DNA from: an uncultured Methanoregulaceae archaeon
Lineage (GTDB): Archaea > Halobacteriota > Methanomicrobia > Methanomicrobiales > Methanospirillaceae
NCBI GenBank assembly: GCA_963717525.1
Contig: OY970343.1
Coordinates: 512,001-576,000, forward strand
Direction: 5' to 3'
Length of the DNA: 64,000 bases
The notes under the pieces were generated by a model that was given only the letters and a program-made list of their open reading frames with translations, had not been told where the DNA came from and made no database searches. The position numbers and the translations under genes are program-made. Below, piece after piece: positions 56,431-64,000 of the stretch; positions within the stretch are counted from its first letter, which is position 1, and every line of letters starts with the position of its first letter.

Positions 56431-57257
56431 TTCTTCACCATGCACTCTATCAAAGCGTCGGTGAGCTCCAGCCCGCGTTCGCAGTAGGTGCCGAGATGCC
56501 GGGTGTCGCGGGAGAAGAATTCGGCAAACGCTGCAGGATCACCGCCCTGGACGATCTCCGAGAGTTCCCCGGCTGCCGACCGGCACGCAGCGAGCACCCC
56601 GGGCACAAACGGGTTTTCCTGGAGTATATCGGCATAGAGCGCCGGGTCCTGAGAGAGAGCCGGCCTACGAGCGAGAGCTCGATCTGGTACACCGGGCTCA
56701 TGAACGGTCCGGTCTTCCCTATGTCAATGCCCAGCCGTGCGGATGGAGTCAGCCATGCATATCGTGACAAAGTGGGTGAGCCCCTGGACGATGGCCATCA
56801 TCCGGTCGTGCTCCTCCGGTGTTGCGATCGTGCAGACGGCCCCCTCGTGCAGGAAGATTCCCCTGAGGTCGGAAAGCATCGTCCCGGTTATCCGCGCCGG
56901 GCACATGATGATGGTCTGGCGTGCAATGGACGAGAGCGTCGGCCCGAACATCGGGTGGAGCCCGATGACCTGAGCCTCCGACTTAAGCATCGCCGCGACG
57001 GGGGCTACCTTGAGCGAGGTAAAATCGCAGAGAACCTGGTCTTTTCCGAGGAGCGGTGCGATCTCACCGATGACCCGCACGGTGTCGCGGATGGGCACAG
57101 AGACAATGACGAGATCGCAGGTCTCTGCGATGTCAGCATTCGTTACCGCTGTCGAACGCCCCGAGACTATCATCTCGTAGCCCGCCCGCTCAAAGACCGG
57201 GGCGAAGAGCTTTCCCATCTTCCCGGTGCCGCCGATGATGCCTGCCTTCATGTTCAC
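56427..57257 (-). CDS. tyrA: Prephenate dehydrogenase, frameshifted
   Basis: IIGGTGKMG, DFTSLK, HPMFGP and EHDRMMAIVQGLTH; C-terminus in other frames, ending IECMVKK*. Confidence 0.88.
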
Positions 57258-58241
57258 TTCTCGCGTATCGTCTCTTTGACCGGCATGCCAAAGTGCCTGC
57301 CGCCTTCGAGCGCACAGCCGAGGATCGTATGTCCCGGCGCAAGGTTCACGACCGAGATCGCACTCCCGTCGGGAGCCACGAGCCGGATCGTCTCTGCGTT
57401 CTGGAGGATCAGGCTCGCCTTGGCCCCTCCTCCCTCTGCCTCGACAAGGAGCAGTGGCCGGCGCTCGATTTTCGTCCTGCCTACAATAGCGGAACGGGCG
57501 GTGCCCCGGTGGTCGGCCACCAGCACCTGCCCCCCGATGGAGAGATCGGAGAGGTACGCGGTCTTCCCGTCAGGCATCAGGATGTATGCATGCACCGCGC
57601 CGGCGTTCACCCGGAACGGGCGGGGCGCGACGTACGGGTTTTCGAGCGTTTCGGCATGCACGAGGAGCATGGCAGACGAGGTGTTCCCCATCAGCATGCC
57701 GTCGCCATCGGCAAGCATCGAGCAGGTGTCCACGCAGACCCGGTCGCCCATGCCTACGGGCTGGATCTTTGTGACCGTGAAGGGTATGAGCTGCACGCTT
57801 CCGGAGGCGTTTTTTATGAGCGCCGCGACCGCCTTTACGACTGCGGGGTCTGTGGTTTTGAGGAGGATCCCGAACACGCCTTTTTCAAGAACGTGGAGAG
57901 CGAGCTCCGCCTCGTGAACGTTCTTTACGGCCGCGACGATCTTGTCCGACTGCGCGACCAGGTTTTCGAGCGGGATGACCGTCCAGTCGCTTGTCGTGAC
58001 GATGACGATCCGGTTCTTACCCTTCTGTGCCGCCTCGTTCTCGCTTGCCTTGTCGGTGATCGTGCACTCGATCACGTCTTTGCCCGGGAATGCGGTCGCC
58101 GTCAGGTGCGACGGTTGTTATCCGCCCGAGTCTTTTAACATCCCCGGCCCGGTCAGCCACGACCGCATCCGCACCGCTCTCGATGGCGGTCGTCACGATC
58201 TCCTTGTTCCACGGCCGGGCATCCACCCAGAACTGCTTCAT
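57254..58241 (-). CDS. aroB': 3-dehydroquinate synthase II (AroB'), frameshift near 58080
   Basis: DWTVIPLENL, GDRVCVDT, RPFRVNAGAVHAY, LQNAETI and GRHFG motifs. Confidence 0.9.
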
Positions 58242-59024
58242 TTATTGCTTCTCCAGCGCTTTCTTCGGGTCGACGTTGTGGTGGACAACGCGGCAGATAG
58301 ACTGGACAAAGGCCCGGGTATTGTCGCGCTGGAAGGCGTTCCTCCCCATGCAGACCCCGGCACCCCCGGCTGCGATCGATTCGCGGATCATCTCGAGCGA
58401 TTCAAGGTCGCTGCACTTCTCGCCGCCGGCGACAAAGACCGGCACCGAGCAGGCTTTCGTGATCCGGGCAAAGGCCTCGGCACTTCCCGGGTAACTGGTC
58501 TTTATCATGTCAGCGCCGAGCTCTTCTGCCACCCTGACGCACTGCCCGATGGTCTGGGGCGAGGTGGGGTCGATGCCCTTGCCCCGCGGGTAGATCATGA
58601 CCAGGAGCGGCATGCCCCAGCGGTTGCAGTCCCGGGCGATCTTCGCGCCGGACTCGAGCATCTTCGATTCGTTCGGGGCCCCGAGGTTGATGTGGATGGA
58701 GACCGCGTCGGCGCCAAGCGCGATGGCCTCTTCTACGGTGCAGACGAGGACCTTGTCGTTCGGGTCCGGGTTGAGCGAGGTGCTGCCCGAGAGGTGCACG
58801 AAAAGCCCGATGTCCCGGCCGTGCCGCCGGTGTCCTCTCTTGACCATGCCCTTGTGGAGGACGATTGCATTTGCCCCGCCCTCGCTCACATCAGTGATGA
58901 CTTTTGTCATGTCCAGGAGGCCGTCAATCTGGCCCATGGAAAACCCGTGGTCCATGGGAATTATCACGGCCCTCCCTGTGTTCCTGTCGATAATCCGTTC
59001 GATCCTGATATCCTTTCCAATCAT
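58242..59024 (-). CDS. DhnA-type class I aldolase, ADH synthase (AroA') paralogue 2
   Basis: PMDHG, YPRG, AEELGADMIKT, AGG and GRNAFQ motifs; alternative start 59042. Confidence 0.85.
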   Translation of the reverse strand: MIGKDIRIERIIDRNTGRAVIIPMDHGFSMGQIDGLLDMTKVITDVSEGGANAIVLHKGMVKRGHRRHGRDIGLFVHLSGSTSLNPDPNDKVLVCTVEEAIALGADAVSIHINLGAPNESKMLESGAKIARDCNRWGMPLLVMIYPRGKGIDPTSPQTIGQCVRVAEELGADMIKTSYPGSAEAFARITKACSVPVFVAGGEKCSDLESLEMIRESIAAGGAGVCMGRNAFQRDNTRAFVQSICRVVHHNVDPKKALEKQ

Positions 59025-59034
59025 GATTTCAACC

Positions 59035-59826
59035 TTATCCATTGAGAATCTTCAGCGCCTCTTCGACGCTCTTGTTCTGGTGCACGATACACGCTGCTGC
59101 CCGGACGAACTTGTCCGGCATCCGGTGCTGGAAGGCGTTCCGGCCGATCGAGATCCCGGCCGCACCGCCCGCCATCGCGCCTTCAATCAGTTCCAATGTT
59201 GTGCGGTCATCCGTCTTTGAACCTCCGGCGACCACGACCGGCACCGGGCAGCCCCGGGTCACTTCGCGGAAGGACTCGGGATCCCCGGTGTACACGGTTT
59301 TCACGATATCGGCCCCGAGCTCGGCTGCCACCCGTGCGGCGAGCTTCACCTGCTCGACATCGTTCTCCTTCTTGATATCTTTGCCCCGCGGGTACATCAT
59401 CGCGAGGAGCGGCATCCCCCATTCCATGCACTCGACCGCCACGTGCCCGAGGTCCTGGAGCATCCGCGCCTCGGACCCGGCCCCGATATTGACGTGCATC
59501 GAGACCGCGTCGGCGCCCATCTTCAGCGCGTTTGTCACCGAGTTTACGAGCACCTTCTCGTTCGGGTCCGGCCCAAGCGAGGTGGATGCCGACAGGTGCA
59601 GGATGAGCCCGATGTCGCGGCCACCCTGCCGGTGGCCGAAGAGGGCGAGACCCACGTGGCCGATCACCGCGTTTGCCCCGCCGTCCGCGACCAGGTTCAC
59701 GGTCTGGCCCATGTCGATCAGGCCGGGGATCGGCCCGTTCGACACCCCGTGATCCATCGGTACGATGACGGTCTTTTTCGTATTACGGTTCATGATTCTT
59801 TCCAGACGAATTTCTTTACCTCTCAT
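59035..59826 (-). CDS. aroA': DhnA-type class I aldolase, ADH synthase (AroA') paralogue 1
   Basis: [26 protein letters not shown] and GRNAFQ motifs. Confidence 0.88.
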   Translation of the reverse strand: MRGKEIRLERIMNRNTKKTVIVPMDHGVSNGPIPGLIDMGQTVNLVADGGANAVIGHVGLALFGHRQGGRDIGLILHLSASTSLGPDPNEKVLVNSVTNALKMGADAVSMHVNIGAGSEARMLQDLGHVAVECMEWGMPLLAMMYPRGKDIKKENDVEQVKLAARVAAELGADIVKTVYTGDPESFREVTRGCPVPVVVAGGSKTDDRTTLELIEGAMAGGAAGISIGRNAFQHRMPDKFVRAAACIVHQNKSVEEALKILNG

Positions 59827-59876
59827 AACAACAACTCCCCCTCCAGCCCTGATACAACAACCAGACGTGAAGGGAA

Positions 59877-60023
59877 TTACCGGTACCGGGGATAATACCC
59901 GAAACCGAAAAAGCCAAAAAAGCCAGAAACGCGATAGCCGATGCTTCTCGCGTTTACGCTTTCAGAAACGGCATTACTGATGCTAAAGATGGGTGCTGCG
60001 CTTTCAGAGATAAAGACATTCAC
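59877..60023 (-). CDS. Putative Phe/Tyr-rich leader peptide of the aromatic amino-acid operon
   Basis: GTG at 60023 opens [48 protein letters not shown]; stop is 50 nt before the aroA' ATG; true start uncertain. Confidence 0.65.
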   Translation of the reverse strand: MNVFISESAAPIFSISNAVSESVNARSIGYRVSGFFGFFGFGYYPRYR

Positions 60024-60088
60024 GAGGGAAAAAACCCTCACGGGCGCTGTTGCACTCTTCCTGCATGATTATTGGTTGGAGCCGGGGG

Positions 60089-60097
60089 TATATAATT
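60089..60097 (-). promoter_or_regulatory. Candidate TATA box for the aro operon leader
   Basis: AATTATATA on the minus strand; a second candidate CTTTATCT lies at 60015..60008. Confidence 0.45.
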
Positions 60098-60261
60098 GTG
60101 CGTGCTAAGGAGTAGCATGGTGGGGGGAACCGGCCCATTTTATGGGCCAATCTCTCTTTTTCATATGAATCTCAAAATTTTCATTAGAATGTGAATAGCA
60201 TTATTAAATTATAATATTATCAAGTAAAATTTTGATTCAAAATCAAAACCAATTAAACAGA

Positions 60262-61038
60262 TTATAGATCTTTCCTTTTACTCCAAAGAAATTTGGCCAA
60301 TTGAATTCTTCCTTTATTTTTTGAATAATCCGACATATATATCGGTACCATTCGTATCATCTTTTCAAGTATTCTATAGAAAAATTTTTCAGAAATCGAT
60401 TTGATTATTAATAAAAATAAAAATCCCTTGAAAGTTTCATCTGGCCTAGAACATATTGAAGAATCCCAAATAAACAATCCAATTATTGTATCCTTTTTCT
60501 TATCAAAACCCAAGTCACTTAAATCTTCAACATTGATAAATAAATTTTCCATCATTTTTTTTAATAATTCTGCATTTAAAGACAGATAATACAGAATTAA
60601 ATTAAAAACAGCTGCAATAATACAGAAAATTGCTGAAGTATATGACATCAATTCAGAGAGATGAAAATAAAATGATCCTATGGAAATAATGAATAATGCA
60701 GGAATTATGCCTAAAGTAAATATTGCATCAAAATAACCAAAAATACTGCCAGAAATTTCTATGGATTTTCTCAGTCTAATTAAATGAGGTAATGATTTTT
60801 TTTGGGGATCAAATTTTTTTATATAATCTCCGCATTCAAAAATTTTACGATAATAGTCGTAATTCGAAGGAGATTTGTATTGCTGTTTTAGAGATTGTGG
60901 GGCTTTTAAAACAATGTTGGAGTATAATCGAATAAAATCTGCTCTAACGTTTAATTTCTCTTCAATTCGAAAAATAAAATTACATAGGTATCGATTTAGA
61001 CGATTAGTACAACTATCACAGTTGGTGTTATAGTCCAT
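60262..61038 (-). CDS. Very AT-rich hypothetical membrane protein
   Basis: 258-aa ORF with two central TM helices; composition strongly unlike the flanks. Confidence 0.65.
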   Translation of the reverse strand: MDYNTNCDSCTNRLNRYLCNFIFRIEEKLNVRADFIRLYSNIVLKAPQSLKQQYKSPSNYDYYRKIFECGDYIKKFDPQKKSLPHLIRLRKSIEISGSIFGYFDAIFTLGIIPALFIISIGSFYFHLSELMSYTSAIFCIIAAVFNLILYYLSLNAELLKKMMENLFINVEDLSDLGFDKKKDTIIGLFIWDSSICSRPDETFKGFLFLLIIKSISEKFFYRILEKMIRMVPIYMSDYSKNKGRIQLAKFLWSKRKDL

Positions 61039-61074
61039 CGATTTTGTATTCCTTTTTCAGATAAATAACGATCT

Positions 61075-61168
61075 CTCCCCGCCTCAGGGCCCCTCTCGGG
61101 GCACGGCGGGGCGAGTGCGGTTTACCCTTCCTGATCCGCCGCGGGGGCGCCCCGTCGGGGGCGGCGGC
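61075..61168 (-). repeat. Dispersed GC-rich structured repeat, copy 2
   Basis: Reverse complement of 32583..32676 with a few substitutions. Confidence 0.85.
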
Positions 61169-61290
61169 ACATCTCTCCCGTGGGGGTGTGGGGGCAACAG
61201 CCCCCGCGATACCACAAGCTCCATAGATTCCCGGAACAGTCTGGCCCGCGACCTGGCCATTCCGAAAAAAGCCTGAGCCCCCGGTCTTTC

Positions 61291-62184
61291 TTACCGGTCC
61301 CCGACCACGGCATACACAAACGATGACGTAGTGAGGAGTTCCCGTCCTTCCTTCTTTCTGTTGAAATACAGGCGCCGGTAATCGTTCCCGGGCACAATCC
61401 GGAGCCGGGAAAAGCCTCGTGCGCGGAGAAACGCTCCCGGGCCTTCCTTTGGCATCGAAAACAAGATCGGTTCGCCGTGGCGGGCGGTATGTTTCCCGAG
61501 ATCTTCTCTCATCTCCCGGGATGAGGAATCCGTGTCACCGGTTTCCTCCGGATAATCAAAGAGCACGGCGCTATTTTTGCCGGAATTATTGACCACAAAG
61601 GACAGGATCGCATCAATGGCCGGGGGGGTAAGGTACATGATCACGCCTTCCATGACAAAAAGGGTCTTTTTCTCCGGGGAATACCCGGATTCCAAAAGAA
61701 GGCTGCCAAAGTCCTGCGTCTCAAAATCAACCGGGACATACACAACATCTTCGGGAAGCCCGCCAAAAATTTCCCGGATCTTCTCTTTTTTTACCTGCTG
61801 GGTATCGGGATGATCGAGCTCAAAGACCCGCACGCGGCCCGTAAATTCCTTGATCCGGTACGCCCGGGTATCATACCCCGCACCCAGGATCACCAGCTGG
61901 AGAAGCCCGGTCTTTGCCGCAAGCGTGATAACCTCGTCAAAATGCCGGGCCCGTGCAACAACATAATTCCGGAGCCCGGGGAAATGGTTGTCGGTATATT
62001 CTGTCAGTTCATCAAGGCGATCGGGATCAATAAACCGGATCGCGTACGGATCGTAGCATACCCGCAGGTCTTGCGGCAGCATCGATTCGGCTGCCCGGAA
62101 TGCGGCCACCCTCTTAGCAGTCCGGCTGGGCCCGGAGCGGGAGTGGTTACGGGCGGGATCACGGTCTCTCTCTGATCGTTCCAT
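61291..62184 (-). CDS. SAM-dependent methyltransferase (leucine carboxyl methyltransferase-like family)
   Basis: DPYA..F, ARARHFD, QLVILGAGYDTRAYR, FELDHP and EGVIMYL motifs. Confidence 0.88.
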   Translation of the reverse strand: MERSERDRDPARNHSRSGPSRTAKRVAAFRAAESMLPQDLRVCYDPYAIRFIDPDRLDELTEYTDNHFPGLRNYVVARARHFDEVITLAAKTGLLQLVILGAGYDTRAYRIKEFTGRVRVFELDHPDTQQVKKEKIREIFGGLPEDVVYVPVDFETQDFGSLLLESGYSPEKKTLFVMEGVIMYLTPPAIDAILSFVVNNSGKNSAVLFDYPEETGDTDSSSREMREDLGKHTARHGEPILFSMPKEGPGAFLRARGFSRLRIVPGNDYRRLYFNRKKEGRELLTTSSFVYAVVGDR

Positions 62185-62368
62185 AATAGAGCCATTTTTC
62201 CCGGAAGATAATGAGTTTTTTTATTGCGCCCTCCCAAGGGATACATCAAGCCGGGAGCGGCGGCACTCCTCGCTCATGGAGGCATCAGCCCCCCAAAACC
62301 GGATAAGGGGGAGAGGGGGTAATTCCCTCTTGAAAAAAAGTAGGGGTGGGGGGCAGGCCCCAGTCAGG

Positions 62369-62566
62369 TCAGGAAATTAGTATGCCACGAACTCTTGTCG
62401 CATACCATACCCCGAATCCGCTTACGATGGCAAAAAGGATGACTATGACTATGGTCAGTGCAGGCTGGCGGTCCGGGTGCGCTATCATATTGATGTATAT
62501 AGCCAGTCCCTCGATAAGGGAAAGGAGGACAAACATCATTGGTAAGTTATACTTCTTTTGCGTCAT
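62369..62566 (-). CDS. Small two-helix membrane protein
   Basis: MTQKKYNLP... with two hydrophobic segments. Confidence 0.6.
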   Translation of the reverse strand: MTQKKYNLPMMFVLLSLIEGLAIYINMIAHPDRQPALTIVIVILFAIVSGFGVWYATRVRGILIS

Positions 62567-62721
62567 GCTCTCTTCACACTTCGATATATACGCTGATTTT
62601 AAAGAATTAGGTATCTGTTCCTGCCACAAGGGTTACGATGTAAATTTATTTTACCGTCAGGCAGCAGAGAAGTGTACTCCCCCCCACACCATTTTTATCC
62701 CCAGCCCTCGGAAACAATCCT

Positions 62722-63373
62722 ATGAAACTCATCGCATTCAACGGGAGCCCCCGGAAAAAGAGGAACACCGCGACGCTCCTTGAACACGCATGCAAAGGCG
62801 CCAAATCAGAAGGGGCAAAGACCGAACTCATCCACTTGTACGACCTGGACTACAAGGGCTGCACCAGCTGCTTTGCCTGCAAGCGGATCGGCGGGAAGAG
62901 ATACGGGCACTGCGCTGTAAAAGACGATCTCCTGCCGGTCTTTAAAAAAGTCGAAGCAGCGGATGCGATCCTGGTGGGCTCGCCCATCTACTATTCGATC
63001 ACGACCGGTGAGACCCGGTGCTTCCTCGAACGACTGATGTTCCAATACTCTGTTTACGATAAAGAGCGGTCAACGCTCTTTGGCCGGAAGATCCAGACCG
63101 GGTTTATCTACACAGCCGGGGCAAAGGAGGAGATGGTGCGGGAGATGGGCTTTGACCGCAATGCACAGTCTGACCGAAATGGCGATGGCCCGGATCTTCG
63201 GGTCGTGCGAGTCGATGTTTGTCACCGATACGCTCCAGTTCGATGATTATTCGAAGTATGTCTCCACGCTCTTTGACCCGGCGGAGAAGAAGAAACACCG
63301 GGACGTGCAGTTCCCTAAAGACTGCAAGAAGGCATATGAGCTCGGGGCCCGGCTTGTTCACACAACGGCATGA
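62722..63373 (+). CDS. Iron-sulfur flavoprotein / NADPH-dependent FMN reductase family, frameshift near 63165
   Basis: NGSPRK..NT, GCTSCFACK...C..KDD and GSPIY; C-terminal FDDYSKY...KAYELG in a second frame. Confidence 0.85.
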
Positions 63374-63536
63374 AATTTTCCGGTGAGGAGTCGCCGCGGA
63401 GGAGTCCCTTGGGGGGCGGCTGGACTCCTCGCTTATGGGTGGAGGAGTACTCCATCACTTAATCCTATCCGGGCCCAAATTGGGCCCCGATTGGTATCTG
63501 ACCATGCCAAAAGAAGCCCGTATCGGGCTCCGTTTT

Positions 63537-63719
63537 AAAATAAGCCCAAATTAGCCTTATTTTTGCAATCGGACAAATTAAAACGTTCACATAAAGGTGA
63601 TTTGCGGGCCGTTTTTTGGTCCGGATGGGTTTTCTGTTGATCCTGAAAATAGTGGCCGCTTTAGGGGTCTCTATGGCCCGCTAATGGGCATTATATGGGG
63701 CTCAATTTGGGCTTATTTT
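63537..63719. repeat. Perfect 16-bp inverted repeat within a motif-rich intergenic region
   Basis: AAAATAAGCCCAAATT (63537-63552) and AATTTGGGCTTATTTT (63704-63719). Confidence 0.65.
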
Positions 63720-63878
63720 TGCAAAAGGGGGAATATATGAGCTTTAAATTTCAGGGAAAACAATCGGGCGGTTTTACGGGCGTATTTTTGAGGAGCGCCC
63801 CGTCGGGAGCGGCGGCACTCCCCGCTCATGTTCATTGCCGGGCAGTCTCACGGGCCGTTTTTGGCTGAATAAAAAAGA

Positions 63879-64000
63879 TCAGGATCTTGACAGCATAAAC
63901 TGGTGAACGGACCAAGGCACGAGATAATAGAAGAACACCGTGGCTGCAACGATAAGCAGTATGACGACAGGGATAATAATGGCGAGTGCCGCCTTCCGGG
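63879..64000 (-). CDS. 3' end of a membrane protein (partial)
   Basis: ...RKAALAIIIPVVILLIVAATVFFYYLVPWSVHQFMLSRS*. Confidence 0.5.
   Translation of the reverse strand, partial: RKAALAIIIPVVILLIVAATVFFYYLVPWSVHQFMLSRS

Noticed and set aside
59954..60066. Short ORFs MPFLKA* (ATG 59974) and [20 protein letters not shown] (ATG 60066) as the leader peptide
   Set aside because: As sequenced, neither is in frame with the Phe/Tyr codon cluster; they matter only if an indel error is shown.

Overview
Chromosomal segment of a methanogenic archaeon, most consistent with Methanomicrobiales (Methanoregula-like). The evidence is archaeal TATA promoters, Lsm, CDC48, the DKFP-type aroA'/aroB' pathway and PAS-rich chemoreceptors. 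From left to right it holds: (1) a pseudo-receiver/PAS gene, an RPC34/TFE-beta-like gene and Lsm; (2) a three-gene fructose-1,6-bisphosphate cluster; (3) a ~19 kb stress-related accessory region with clpB, a DUF2971-like gene, desulforedoxin, a complete Ku/LigD NHEJ operon, grpE-dnaK-dnaJ, a P3A H+-ATPase, a ClC transporter and a transposase relic; (4) cdc48, a thiC-to-rnz run and a RecJ-like gene; (5) a ParA-MCP-CheW-MCP-CheR chemotaxis cluster; (6) ade, tpiA and a U32 protein; (7) a large shikimate/Phe/Tyr operon; (8) a variable right end. About a dozen genes, including essential ones, carry single-base frameshifts that are most likely sequencing errors. The top finding is an unannotated Phe/Tyr-rich leader ORF (...[20 protein letters not shown]). 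It ends 50 nt upstream of the aromatic amino-acid operon, next to a hairpin that can sequester the first gene's Shine-Dalgarno, making it a candidate ribosome-mediated attenuator in an archaeon. Other findings are a duplicated heat-shock promoter/leader shared by clpB and grpE, the complete archaeal NHEJ system with a LIG-PE fusion, an aldolase-dead FBP aldolase/phosphatase, and a dispersed structured GC-rich repeat. All calls come from reading the sequence by eye; no database searches were run.
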